Positions 12,749 to 25,671 of a stretch of 64,000 nt of DNA are shown here, piece after piece (within the stretch, counting starts at the first letter, position 1; each line of letters begins with the position of its first letter). Source of the DNA: Amoebophrya sp. A120 (lineage: Eukaryota > Protista > Dinoflagellata); the NCBI GenBank assembly GCA_905178155.1, contig CAJINV010000017.1, positions 488,722 to 552,721 on the forward strand. Reading direction: 5' to 3'. The notes below the pieces were generated by a model. It was not told where the DNA came from, did no database searches, and was given only the letters and a program-made list of their open reading frames with translations. A program made the position numbers and the translations under genes.

Positions 12749-13674
12749 TAGAGGAGCAGAGTTTATTCTTCACGCAGCTCTACTTTCCCCCGAAGACATC
12801 AACTTTTAGTACGTAGAAGACGCCACGGAGACGGACGGGGAAGTTCGCTTGACGACTTTCAAAAGTTGCGTAAAGTCGACAAGTCAACATCACAATATTA
12901 CTCTGTGAGTAGAAAGACGGCGCGAGGAAACAGAATTGATGATGACAAGAGACGAGAAAGCATTGAACACCCGGAAGAGAAAAACTCCGCAGATCAGAGA
13001 ATGCACGAAGGACAAGATGAAAAAACTCACAATCAATACATACCGACGAAGGTGTTGAAAGTTCTTGGAAGCCCATTCTTGTCGCTGTGTGGGGAGCTCC
13101 TGGTGCTCTCGGACTGGAGTTCTTGTATGTGGAAAAGCTGATGTGCTATTTCCTCCAGGGCTTCCATCCCTGCTCCACCACCTGCGATTTCTTCATTTTG
13201 GGGGGGGGGGGCGACCGGGCCAGAAGTTGTCGGGGTGTCTTTTTTTCTCGAGAAACGGAGAATCTTCGCATCAAATTGGCAAAGCATTCTAGGGGAGATT
13301 GATAATGCACACATGAGTGAATCGTGTCTTTGAGTATGAGCGTACAGGGAAAGGTAACGTAAGAGGACTGAGAAGAGGCTGGTTGCCCTTTATTTTGCAA
13401 AAGTGCCAAAGTGTTTTTTTTGTCTTTGTGGTCTTGTTTCTCAGGCTGCAGCTGCGACCGAGGTCGCCCTCGCAAACGTGATGCCTTGACCTGCTTCCGG
13501 GCCGGCCCTAGAGGACCAGCTTCAGCTGTGGGAGCCCGGCACCGTGTCGCCTCCCCTCTGCCAACGGGAGAGGTGCTAGGCAGGGACGGATCTGCGGCCT
13601 CAAAACAAGAATGAGCTAAAGTGGTTGAAGAACGCCACACGAGGACAAGAACACTCCACGAGAAGCTGCCAGCA

Positions 13675-16600
13675 ATGACGGTCTCTCCGACGAAAGCTGG
13701 CAGCACCGGCAAGCCGATGAAGTCGTATTTCAATGCGGCGCAGTCGAAGGCCGAAACCGGGGGTGGGGCGGCACGGGAGCCAATATCGCTGCTGGAGCAG
13801 CTGCGGGACAAATTATCGTTCAATGGGATGGAATACCAAGGTAATGATGTACGAACGAATCAAGATTAAACGGCCAAGTTTTTGTAGTACTCCCCCGACC
13901 CCGTATTTTATTGCATGACCGAGGACGATGTAAAAATTCTTGATTCCCCAAAACTAAGTACTCCTATCTAAATCGTTAAAACCAGATTCTTACGAGCATG
14001 TGAAGCCGCTCGCGGACTTTTGGAAGATCCTTTCCCGGCGGTCCACGGGGACGAAGCGCCACGACTTGATCGAAAACCGACGGCTCCAGCTCCCCATGAA
14101 CATCCCCGACACGATTGTTTTCGACAACAATTTTCCCAAACCGCTCTGGCTGCACACCAACGAGGACGGGGGGTTGCTGCTCAAAAAGTGCGAGGATTTC
14201 GAGGTCGGGGACCTGTTCAAACACTTCGAGAAGAACCGCACCGCGGTGCTATGCATTGCAAATATGTCTGGGTCTGGAAAGAATGGGATTTGTGATGCTA
14301 CTGCTAGCTGTCGATCACTATCACACAGAAATCTGTATTGCATGAGAGGCAACAAGAGCCGGACAGATTGTTGCCACTCAAGGAGGGCATTTCTCATGCA
14401 GAATAGGCATGAGAAAACCTTTGCGAAAGCTGTGATGCTAGAGAATGCATCACAGGCATCGGAGGCCATATACAATTTGCATGACAAACTCTTCCAGACC
14501 AAGACATATTTGCATGTGATTGGTGCTGCGCACCTACCAAGACGACGTGGACACGAAAAAGAGCGTGAACATCCCCGTGGCCGTGATGAAGACGGCGCAG
14601 GGGCGGTGTAACTCGGTGAAGCTCATGTACGGCAACGATTTCCGGGACTTGATGGAGGAGTTTTTGAAGCAGCGCTACGACATGCCCACCACCGTGGTGC
14701 AGAAGTACGTGAAGGCCCGGGGCGGCTACAACCACATCATTCGGGTGGTGTGGCGCCGCGACATGCCGATTTTGAAATACATCATCCGGAACCAAATCCC
14801 CATGTCGCAGGGCTGCTTCTACGCGAAATTGTACTCGGGGAACAAAAACAAGAAGCAAGTGAAGGTGAAAGTCCCGGACCGGTCAAAGAAGGGGATTTTA
14901 CGTGCGAAGTCGCCCCCGAAGCCCAGAAGCGAGAAGAACGTCGACGAGAACGAAGAAGACGACGGAAAAAGGGCGGCGGAAGAGGCGGCGAAATTACTCG
15001 AGGAAGAGAAGAAAAAGCAGGAAGCCGCGGCGAAGCCGAAAAAACCCGAGTTCGACGAGGAGGGGGTAGTGGACGTGGTGCCGACACGGTCCGAAGCGTA
15101 CGCAAGTTTGGACCAGGTGGTCAGAAACACGCTGGTTTGGCTCGGAACTGAAGCGGGGCTGGAGTTTGACGAATTCGTCATCGATTTTATCGACGCGGAG
15201 GAGGATGAGATCGTGGAAACGATGCAGCTATGCAGTGCGATCAGGAATTTTCTTCATTAAACCGGACAGAGTACTAGAGCTTGCATCTTCAAAAATGCGT
15301 ATGATATTTAGGCATGGACAGCGAGAAACGTGTGATACAGCACTGGTTGAAGCAAGTAGAAGTTGAAGTACTAGAAGTCCGAACCCGAAGTGCAGATTAT
15401 ACTCTCTTGCAATGCATAGCAAAAGCGAGAGTCGCTGATTTTAGCCGGGGGAGGAGACGATGATGGAAACAACTCGGCAACGAGTTCCTCTGGAACACGA
15501 AAAAACAAGGCTGGACTCCAGCTCACGGGAGTATTTGGTCCCAAAGCGGCGAAAAAGAAGGCCAAGGTGGAGAATTTGCAGATGATTCAGGTCCGAGCGT
15601 TCAGAATACGACCCTCGAAGCGCTTTGGGTACACGATGAAGATAGAACGCCCGCTGGATTCCTTCAAATTCAAGGACAAATTGGTGCACTCAAAGGTATA
15701 TCAGCACAACGCGTAGAGGTAGATGAAATTGAAGTTCTTTTCTCGAAGATTCTGATTCGACGCAAGTATGCGATCTGATTTGGGTTTTTAGCACGCGGAA
15801 AAGAAAATCCAGGTGAGAGAAAGAGATGAACACGATACAAATATAAAACACCTCAGTGCGGCGTTTGCGGTTGCAGCTACCTTCCTTCCGAGCTCCCGCA
15901 CGAAGTCCACACCCTGACTATCCAAAACATGTTCGAGCAAGCCAATCGCTTAGGGCTTCACTTCTCCTGGAACGCAGCCACTCTGGCCGCGACGCAGCGG
16001 GACGCGAGCAACTACAGCCTGCATAAGGTCTCCCGGGGGTGTTACGCGCTAATCCAGCAACTGCGGCAGTTGTTTGAGAAAGGGGAGGAATACGCGCAAT
16101 ACTTCCAGGACAAGGAATTTGACGACAATGTGCGAAGTTGCGCGCAGTTGCCGAAGTACTACCCGAACATCAAAGTGAAGAAGGCCAACGAGGAGAACAC
16201 GCACGACATGCCGGAGACGTTTGAACTGGACCCAGATCTGGTCAGACTCTCCAGAACCAAACCCGTGGAGCCCGTCCACTTGCTCACGTTGCAAACGCTG
16301 AACAACGACTACAAACAGATCCGGAAAGTGTACGAGTTCCAGGACCCGATGTTGCGGTACAAAGTAGTGTTTTACTTCAAGCACTGCACGGGGATCCCGG
16401 CGCAGTACAAAAACTGCGAAATGGACCTGAAGTTCGACATTTTCGACCACGAGTGCACCGTTCCTTTGATTACCTGCAAAGACCCGTCCACGGGCATGAA
16501 TGATCCGGACTACAGTTACCTCCAGGACGAAAGTAAGACCAATCCGGAAAACCAGTTTCGGGCGCCGGAGGGGTCTTTGCTAGGCAGGGCGTTTGCGTTC

Positions 16601-19584
16601 AAAGCGTTTCACGTGCTCTGCAAAACGCCGAACGGACTTGTACAGTGGGCGAGGGAGCACCAAAAACTGAAGATTTTCCTCCGGGCGGACGGACAAAACG
16701 TCGCGACGGTAAGAAGCGTGGTCGTTGGTTGATATTCGCTAATAGAGATTAACTTGTGATCATCTAGTACAAAAATGCGGTGCGGAGAAAGTAAACGCGT
16801 TGTGGTGCCTGTGTTTGGCAGCGGTTCAACAGCACTCTTCCTGATGTTTGAAACCACCACCGACAGGTTCACGCCCCGATGCAGAAGCTCGCCCTAGAGA
16901 AGTCGTTGATGAAGAGCTTCAAGCTGCCCTTCAAGCAAGGCCCGATCGGCTACACACACTTGGATATCTCACTGGGGGTAGGAATTATGATTTATGAAAT
17001 TTTCTTTACATGACTGCCCCTGGGAGCACTTGGTACCTTTCTCCTGAGGATTGTATTACCGATGGGTATGTAAATGTATATGTTTGCACTTGCTTGAAGA
17101 AGCATGCACATAATATCTTGTGGGAATCAAACGTTGTTGTCCCAGATTATCGGCGGGGACGTGTTTGACGCAATCTACACGCCCAAGCGGAAATACGAGC
17201 GGTTTCTCTTCCTCCCCCCGAAGGAGTTTTCCGTACCAGAGCCCCTACCCGACGCTTGGCTGGAATTGTTACTCAATGATGTCGATCCGGGCACGAGGAG
17301 ACGAGCCGAAGCGCCGGCGCCAGATAGCTTGTCGAGACGGGTGATCGAAAAGATAAGGGTGGAAGACGAGAAGAAAGCCGGAAAACAGTATTTTAGGATT
17401 TAGGGCTAGCGAGCACGCGACTCAGTTTGACAACTTCTACTTCTGAATGGCTATGCTCGATGTAGCAATGCAGCAGGCCACTTGCGCCGTGGATTTGCTG
17501 TAGAATTGCATGACAGCAGACGAAGGTCCTACTTCTTTTAAACGAAGAAGCCGCAATTTTTAAGTATTTATTTCCCAGATCCGGCCCCGTGATTACCCCA
17601 ACCGAGGAGCTCGTGATGCCATCCGGTTCCTCGGAATTTGTCATCACCGACGAGGAGAACTTCTTTTCCATGTCCCGCCCCGCCTCCGCTAAAACCTCGT
17701 CACGCCCCGGCTCCAGCTCCCAGCCACGACCCGGCTCCGCGAAAGCGGCCTCGAGCTCTCGACCCGGGTCCGGCGTCGTCAAGAGCTCTTCCCGCCCACA
17801 GTCTGCCACGTCAAACCAGGCGGGGAATCAGCAGCAGCAGCAACCGAGCGCGATCCCAGACGAAGACGCACGAGTGGTCTATACGGGGACGAGCAGCAGC
17901 TCTTCTTCGACGAATAAGCGGAACTACCGTGGTCGATCCGGTTCGAACGCCAGCTCGGGTCGCGGGAGTAACTCCGTTCCCCGGAGACCCCAATCGGCCA
18001 ACACCATCGTGGAGCAGCAGCAGATGCGGTACTCTTCGATGGAATCCCCGGTCACCGCCGGCGGTTCGGGGGGAATCGGCATGGGAAACAGAAACAATTC
18101 TGGCAGAACCCCGGGAGGAGCGCGCAGGCCCGCGAGCGCGAGACCGCCGTCCGCAAGACCGGCGAGCGCCAGTGCCAGGGAGCAACAGGATTTCTTCTCG
18201 GCGAGAAGAGCCACGGGTGGTGAGCCAGGAGTAGAACAGGAACAGCAGATGGTCTCCTCGTTCGGAACAGCAGGAGGACAGCAGCAGCACATCCGCAGCT
18301 CCTCCGCAAAAACTAGTAACAAAGGCGGACATCATCAGCCTCCGAGTATGAGCATCTTGACCAGCACGGGAGTACCGCAAACCTCGGAGTCGAGGGTTCT
18401 CAGTCACTACGAAAACCTTATTTCCGCTTTGGATGAAGACGCACGAGATACGGAGATGCAGGACTTCGATCCCGATGAGGAAGAGGAAGAAGAGTTGGAC
18501 GACGCTACGCAAGAAAAAATCATCATACATGCATGAGGCGCACTAGACACAATATTCTTGAAGTTTTTCCAACTACCGATGAACGCATGGCTGAACAACT
18601 TGTCATGCTGACTTGAATGCGGTGGCGGTCCAGGGCGAAAAAAATTGTCATTCTCATTCAGTCGTGTTAGCATAATTCGTGCGTCTATGGTGAAAAATTG
18701 CTTACTTTGGATAGATGACGACGAAATCGTCCTCGGTGCGAATGACGAGATGGAAATTATCCACGCACATCATGCAAACAAATCCCCGCACGCGATGCAC
18801 CAGCACCCGCTGCCCCACGACACGAGCTACGCGCCGGCACCGGAACCCTTGTTCCTCGAGGGCCAATTACGCGCGCTGCACAACGTCGGCGCGATTGGGG
18901 AAAAATGGTACGTGAATCTGTCGATTTTGGACGGCATATTCCACCTGGAAAAGGAGACGGAGCTAGTGGTGGGCCCGCGGCTGCGCGAAACGTTCGCTAG
19001 ACAAGTGGTAGGGCCGCTGGACGACTTGAAGTTCTGCATCAAACTCGACGGGCTGGACACAGAGAGCTTGGCATACATGCGGAGGGTGCTGGTACAGAAA
19101 TTGAAAACTTTTGCACAATGTCCTCCTTCCCTCACCCTACCAATCTACACAGCTGCCTGATGTCGAATATTTGCCGCGTGGCCGCATGTAGTTCGCTCGC
19201 TTCTAGTACCTACTTACTTATTTCGCGGAAAAAATCAATACGACACCGAAAACTCAGCTCCGCGTGAAAGCTTACAAGCACCTCGAGGGAAGCACCAATG
19301 CAGCCGTCGGTGTCAAAAAGTCCGGCGAGTCGGAGGAGCTCCCGGTTTCGCTCGATATGGCCAACATTTCCGACGTTATCGTCGACAAACGCCACGCCTT
19401 CGGCAGCATCGAGTTCGCAGAGCTGAAGCACCACCAGGTCAAGTTCCCGAATGCGCACGTGTTCGGCGCGTTTTACCTGAAACGCAGACAGGAACTGGAC
19501 GCGCAGACGTTGCGGCGGATCAGTTGCAGCCTCACCTGGAACGCGGCGTACAAAAAATTCGAGTACACCGAGGCAAACCGGTGA
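13675..19584 (+). CDS. Large multi-exon hypothetical protein (could be more than one gene)
   Basis: Inferred introns 13841-13985, introner about 14250-14526, introner about 15228-15419, 15696-15856, 16709-16866, 16978-17145, 17388-17578, one unresolved within about 18494-18714, and 19092-19257. Contains a CGVC motif and an RPxSA-repeat region. Confidence 0.6.
14250..14521 (-). mobile_element. Introner/MITE family A, copy 1 (inverted relative to copies 2 and 3)
   Basis: TIR TGCAAATATGTCTGGGTCTGGAA (14257-14279) and TTCCAGACCAAGACATATTTGCA (14492-14514). TSD GGTGC at 14245-14249 and 14522-14526. Removal restores NRTAVL-RTYQDD. Confidence 0.92.
15229..15418. mobile_element. Degenerate introner (TATGCAGTGC...GCAATGCATA)
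   Basis: About 12-bp terminal inverted repeat resembling a family-A end. Flanks GCAGC/GCAAA. Removal rejoins the frame (ETMQ-KRESL). No GT donor at the element end. Confidence 0.7.
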
Positions 19585-20272
19585 GGGCGGCGGGGAGGTG
19601 GTATTTGCCGGATCGCGAACAAGGCAGGGGGAGGGAGTGCGGATAAGATTAGAAAGCTCTCAACATCTCATACAACAAGATCATGTAAAGCAAAGATGAA
19701 ATATCAAACCGTAGAAATATGCTTCATCCCAAGAAGTAAGTCGATCCATATTACATTCGACGGGACTGTGAAAAGTCACATGATTCTTTCCATACAGATG
19801 CAGGTGTAGCGACACCATGCCTGAGGCCACTTCATCATGGTGTTTTTTTATTGAAAAAACATCAAACACAGCGACAGAAACGAAATTGGCGAGTGCTTTT
19901 GACACAAGTAGAGTCGCATCGTCTTCAGCGACTTGCTTCGTTGTGTGAATGTTGGTGAATATTGAGAATTTGTAGAAACCGCGTATGTGTAGGGGTGACT
20001 ATTCCACCCCGACTTTCACGATCGGAGTCAAAGATCACGAACTTCACAAGAATCTGACTATAGGTTGCAGAAAGGACTTCCTTGCAGCATATTTGCTGTC
20101 GACAGCCCAATGAATTAGTCGTAGGCCTAGCGACTCGCATCTGTATTTTTTTGTTTGCTTTTTATATTCACCAAGTGAAAGATTGCAGCATCCATAGGCA
20201 TACCGACCTCTTAGCTAGCAAAATATTTTCAATTGAGAGCCCTATTCGGATAAACGAAAAGAATCAAAAAGA

Positions 20273-22375
20273 ATGTCGACTGGGAGTGCTAGCTCCTCCT
20301 CTTCCTCCTCGAGGCTCCCGCCCCCGCAATTCCGTCTGCCCTGGGCAAACAAAAACAGTTTCGGAACGCAGTCGTTGCAAGACTTCGCGGTCCCAGAAAC
20401 TCTAACTGAGCATCTCATCATGGAGCATGTTGCTGGCTTTGTGATAAAATACGGCGAAGCAGCAGAGTTCCGACTGAGGCTAGCAACGGAAAACAGTGCG
20501 AACGATGCTGCACGACTCAGCGCGTCGTCGAGAAGCAGTGGCAGTGGGAGCAGCTCAACATCTAATGGAAAGGTGGATCACACCGATACCAGCAAGACGA
20601 CCAGCGCGGCCAGCAACAAACACAGCCAGCTCGCGTTTCTGGAGCCCGAGCACCCCTTGCGGAAGTACTACGAATGGCTAAAGCGGACCAAGGCAACACT
20701 GGAGGAGCGCGCGCCGCACTTACTCCCTCGCGGTTGGAACCTTTGGCGGAAAGTTTTACCGTCAGAATCCATCGTGAATACGCACGTCGAGGTCGTGAAC
20801 AAAGAGGACCAATCCACTTCTTCGAGCGCTGACGACGCGGAAGATGGGAACATATCGGCGTTTCTCGGAGCTATGATGGGAGAAGAAAACACGAAGAGAA
20901 AGAACAAGCGGCACCGTCGTGCCAGCGCTGGGGAAGATGATGAGAGCCACAGCGAAATGAACGGTCGGGATAGAAGCGGTCGCCGCTCGAACAAACGTGC
21001 GAAAACTTTGTCCGCGAGTAAAGCTTCTCGCCCAGCATCGCCCTCGCCGCCAGAAGCGGAAGACGTCGGCTCCATGTTCTTTGAGGACTACGAAGATGAA
21101 AACAGCCAGGACTGGCACAGTGCGGCGCTGATTTGCGGCGCGCACAAACTGACACCGGAATTGGAGAAGGCGATTCAGGGCATTGGATGTGCGCTACTCG
21201 AGAAGAAAGATCGTCGCTTCGCAGACACGGCGTTGCGACTGAAACTGGACGAATCCGCTGTTCTCGTGCGAGATGAGAGCGGCGTTTTTATCTCTCTGAG
21301 CACAGCAGCGCAAGCAACCCGTGCAGCTGCGAAAGCATATTTTGATCATGTCATTGGCGTTGTTGCGAAAAAACTCGAAGCCGCGGCGCAACAAGGGTCA
21401 TTGTCGTCACTAGGAGGACCAGAGGACAACTACATGGACAGAGGACCAGAGGACAACTCCACCCAGAGCGCACAAGAACTCGAAAACGAGTCCTACCACC
21501 TGAGTGCACAGACCGCTCATTTTCTCGCTAGGGTCGCCCGTAAAATTTTCGAGGAAGACGAGAAACGCGCGAAACGGGCGGAAGCCGTAGAGGATCCGTT
21601 TAAGCTGTTTTTGGCCGAGATAGAAGAGGAAGACGAAGAGCGGGCAGTTTCATTCGCGGAAGAGGATGTTCCCGACATACATTTCAACATTCCTGTCGTG
21701 GACGAGCAAGAGCCGATCGGACATGTAGAAGATGCCGCCGTAGTACTGCCAGAGGAACACGCTCTGGAAACTGAAGGAAGTCCACCAGCTGTCATCTCTC
21801 AGAATCTGGTGGTATCGGAGAACTTGATTGACGGCCTCCAGGACGAAGATGAAGAGCCGGGCGGGGCCTTCTGCTCAATCGAAAACGAAGAACTACGGAG
21901 CGCAAACGTGGTAGACACGTCCGAAGATAACGGCGCCGCTAAGTTTGGCGACACCAATTCTGTAGACGCGCAGAGCGTGAGCGCGCCAGGCAACAGTTTG
22001 CACAGCGAAGAACTTCATGTGGGGCAGGCTGTGGAGGAGATACAGCAGGCTGCAGCCGTTTCCAGCGTACGAAACACGGCCGTGCTGGCGCATTCATCTG
22101 CCAGTGTAGTTGCTTCGATTCGTGATGGAGGAGACTCAGTTCCTCATGTGTTGCCGCACGACCGGCAATTGCATCAACATGAGGGCGAGCAGATAGGGAT
22201 CAACCAGAAAGAGCTGCCCAGTACCCGGCTTCATCGGCGTTTGACAGCTACAGGCAGTAAAGGGACCGCACCTGTTCTAAAGAGCGAAAAAAAAACATCG
22301 GGTATGTTCGATTACGACAGTGGCAGCTCAGACGAAGACGGCGATGACGCGCTGGCCAAATTTGAAAAGCGATAA
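20273..22375 (+). CDS. SURP/SWAP-domain protein (SFSWAP-like splicing factor), intronless
   Basis: EHLIMEHVAGFVIKYGEAAEFRL...SQLAFLEPEHPLRKYYEWLK fits the SURP module, split by a Ser-rich insertion. 700-aa ORF. Confidence 0.7.
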   Translation: MSTGSASSSSSSSRLPPPQFRLPWANKNSFGTQSLQDFAVPETLTEHLIMEHVAGFVIKYGEAAEFRLRLATENSANDAARLSASSRSSGSGSSSTSNGKVDHTDTSKTTSAASNKHSQLAFLEPEHPLRKYYEWLKRTKATLEERAPHLLPRGWNLWRKVLPSESIVNTHVEVVNKEDQSTSSSADDAEDGNISAFLGAMMGEENTKRKNKRHRRASAGEDDESHSEMNGRDRSGRRSNKRAKTLSASKASRPASPSPPEAEDVGSMFFEDYEDENSQDWHSAALICGAHKLTPELEKAIQGIGCALLEKKDRRFADTALRLKLDESAVLVRDESGVFISLSTAAQATRAAAKAYFDHVIGVVAKKLEAAAQQGSLSSLGGPEDNYMDRGPEDNSTQSAQELENESYHLSAQTAHFLARVARKIFEEDEKRAKRAEAVEDPFKLFLAEIEEEDEERAVSFAEEDVPDIHFNIPVVDEQEPIGHVEDAAVVLPEEHALETEGSPPAVISQNLVVSENLIDGLQDEDEEPGGAFCSIENEELRSANVVDTSEDNGAAKFGDTNSVDAQSVSAPGNSLHSEELHVGQAVEEIQQAAAVSSVRNTAVLAHSSASVVASIRDGGDSVPHVLPHDRQLHQHEGEQIGINQKELPSTRLHRRLTATGSKGTAPVLKSEKKTSGMFDYDSGSSDEDGDDALAKFEKR
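21413..21458 (+). repeat. 27-bp-period coding tandem duplication (GPEDN twice)
   Basis: GAGGACCAGAGGACAACT occurs twice, 27 nt apart. Confidence 0.8.
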
Positions 22376-23174
22376 ACGAATGCGTGGAGCACTCTTTCGT
22401 CTCGAAGGCTTCCCAGGTTTACTTTTCCACATTTGGGCTGTAGTGAAAAACAACATCGCAACTGTCGTCCTCGCGTATCACCCTGGTGCCGTAGAGGCAC
22501 TGTAGTGTTCCGGTTCAGATACTTGTAGACTAGGGGGAATGCTTCGCAATGGCCCCGTTGTAGTCCCAGTTGGTCAACATGAACATGGTTATTTATTCAG
22601 TTTGATAAACCAATTTCACGCCTCCCAACCGAGCCCGAGCTGCCAACGAAAGATCCTACTAAGATCGTAACACTTAGACAATGTTGGCAGAATGATCTTC
22701 ACTGTGCTGGATTTTGGATCCTGATACCCAAAGTTCTTCTGCAGCGTAGGCATCACCGACACGACGACATGCAAAGGATCCATGTAGGACGCTGAAGGCA
22801 AAGGAGTTAATTCTGATTTTCCCTATGCGCCGTGAAGATTGTAGATTTTGAAGTCGAGCGAGATCCGTGATTGTTTTCTGAAGTTATTCGATTCTCATTC
22901 CCGTCTCTGAAGATCTTCAGCCCTTTTTTTTGCAGAGCTGCGTTTTATTCAGCCTTTATTATCCACCACAAGCCTTTCCTTGGCTACTTGATCCTTCCGA
23001 CGACGCATTGCAAAATAAAGTTTGATTTTCCACCTCCCAATTCCAATTCGTACTCGTAGTCCTAGTTCGTAGGATTTTTAGAAGTTTTTGTTCTGGTCGT
23101 TGTATTCTAGTTTCGTATTTTCACGAACAAGAACATCACCAGACGAGTATTCAGAAAAAACTATCTCCTCGAAG

Positions 23175-23858
23175 ATGAGTTGCGCGGGTGTGGTGAAGTT
23201 TTTCAACGTGACGAAGGGCTACGGCTTCATCACGACGGAGCGTGGGGATGTGTTCGTGCATGCCAACGACGTGTCCGGAAACCCGTTGCAGGAGGGCGAC
23301 GAGGTCTTCTTCGACGAGGTTTTCGATGAGATGAAGCAGAAGATGCGCGCCTCACAGGTTCAGGGCGGCACCGGCTCGCACATGATGAACAAGGGCAAAT
23401 TTGGCGGTGGCGGTGGCAAGTTCGGTGGCGGCGGCAAGTTCGGCGGAAAGGGCGGTAAAGAAATTGACGTTGTTGATGTTTCTTACTTGGTCCGATAGAG
23501 ATTTCTTTATCCAACGATTCTGACTCCAGCTTTAGAACCGTGGTAGCTTTCCCATCGTGTAGATGAATTTCAGCTGGGTTGAGCTTTAGTCCGGATAGAT
23601 CATCGAGATCTACTACAACCTTTCGTTCCGCACACTATGTTACCCTTTCCTTGTTTTCAATTCCATCCCGAACGCAACCAAGAAAAATTTCTACACACTT
23701 CTTGTTGACCATGGCGAAACAATCCAAAAACAGGATACGACGGTGGATATGGCGGAGGTTTCGGCGGCGGTAAGTTCGGGTTTGACAAGGGCTTCGGTGG
23801 CAAGGGGTTCGATGACTTCGGCGGCAAGGGCGGGTTCGGCGGCGGCCCGATGTGGTAA
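23175..23858 (+). CDS. Cold-shock-domain protein with Gly/Lys/Phe-rich tail
   Basis: GVVKFFNVTKGYGFI (RNP1) and DVFVH (RNP2). GT-AG intron 23455-23733. Exon 2 reads YDGGYGGGFGGGKFGFDKG...PMW-stop. Confidence 0.92.
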
Positions 23859-25671
23859 AGAGATTTGTTGACGTCGCTGACGTCGGTGAAATGCTGCTCT
23901 TACCAAGTATACTAGGTGCAGAAGTTGTTGCTGTGTATTGGGTGGTGCTGATCTCCACCCGATGCCTTAGCCAGCTCGTGATATGAGCTTGAGAACAAGT
24001 ATAATCGCCCCCAGAAGTAGTATTTCTTGAGTCGTTTTTATCGGCACTTACGATCTTTCACTCAACTTTACACTTTACACGTCACATCAAATTTGCTACA
24101 CTTGTACTTTAGAAAATCACCGTATTCGAACAAAATTTCTTCTTCATGCTTTGTAGTTCAATACTCAGAATGACGAAATAAGACTTCTTTCAACGACTGC
24201 GAATTCAAGAAATAAACTTAGAGCAGTAGACTATGTTGAATATGCCTATACCTGGAACAATAGAGGAGTTTAGAACTGGTTTCAACATGAACGAAGTTGT
24301 ACTATATCACTGTCAGTCGAGCTTCATGCACTATTTTTGAATCCATCTGCTTCTGACCAAATTCGATATAACTACTCACACGCGAAAGTCTATTTCTACT
24401 AAAGCATTTTCTTCTAGATGCTCTTGCTCGGGGACCATCATATGGAGGAAACTACAAAACAAAAACGTAGAGGATGCGGATGGAATTCGAAGATACAAAA
24501 CTGTATTGCTACACAGCGTTTTTTACGTGGACTGCCTACTCCTCTGGTAGTCCAGCGCAGTCCGTTCTGGATACCAGGTGAGGATGACATTCTCACTTCT
24601 ACATACTAATGCCCAGTCTCCAGCAATTTGAACGAGGCGTGATCGTGAATGTCACGAGCATCACTCTGGTGATCTCATCGCAAGGAACGCAGTAAGTAGT
24701 TGTTACAGCTCTACTCTATCTCTAGACTCTATCTGATCAGGCTCTCTGTCAGCCTTGGAAGCGCCTTCAGGGACGTCGAAACACTTGTACTTTCGGCTGC
24801 TCTGGCGTGAAGATGTGCTGGCTCAGAGACAATGTAGAAAAGGCTAGATCTATCATGATGAGTTGAAGAAAAGTTCTGCGCCACCGAGTATCGTTACCAA
24901 ATGCCGAATAGCACCATCTACCTGCTCTCCTGGTCTGAGAGTGAAATGTTGTTTTTCACGGAGGACAGGGAGTAGCGGGATCTTTTATGTTGCCATTGCT
25001 TTCCTGAAAAATGTAGTCAATGACTGAGACGGCGCCAAGGCAGCACGAGGCGCCGTGTGTGCCGCGAGCGCTCCTGGCAGAACTGCGCTGGAATAGCGAT
25101 CGTGTTCTCTGTTGAGTGAAAGAAACAACTCGGTCGCTATGCTATTTCTTCGTGTTCGAAATGGCTTTTCGAAAATCGAAGTCCCGGAGGAAGATCGTGA
25201 GTATTTGTACCGACGTCGACTACACTCGAATGCATGATGTCTGAGAACATCATATTGAGATGACGTTTAGAGCATTTCTTTGAATTTTTCATGCTTCGCA
25301 GTACTCGATCAGCGAGGGACAAATTTTTGAGAAAACGAATTTGAGCTGAGATCGATCGAAGTGCGCGCTCCTGCGGTTTCCCGCGTTCAATGGTTGATTG
25401 TGCTGGAAAGCGCATGTGCATCTATTGGAAACGTGAATCGGAAGATATCTGCGATGCGACAGGACCTCATGCTATTTCTAGTGCCTATTCAATTTTCGTG
25501 GAGACTTTGTTCAGATAACTTCGACAAAAACGCTTTGTTCGTCATTGCAGTCATAACTGATTTTTTTGTCAAGTGGTAAGGGTCGTGAAGTGACGCGAGT
25601 GCGGGTTTATTTCCCAGCAGAGCGTGTCTTTGCGACAACGAGATCGTGCCCTGCAAGTTCCGCAGAAGACA

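Noticed and set aside
13033-13314. Minus-strand ORFs with plausible text (also 22616-22801) and the many antisense ORFs in the track
   Set aside because: No motifs or splice support; most are shadows of GC-rich + strand exons.
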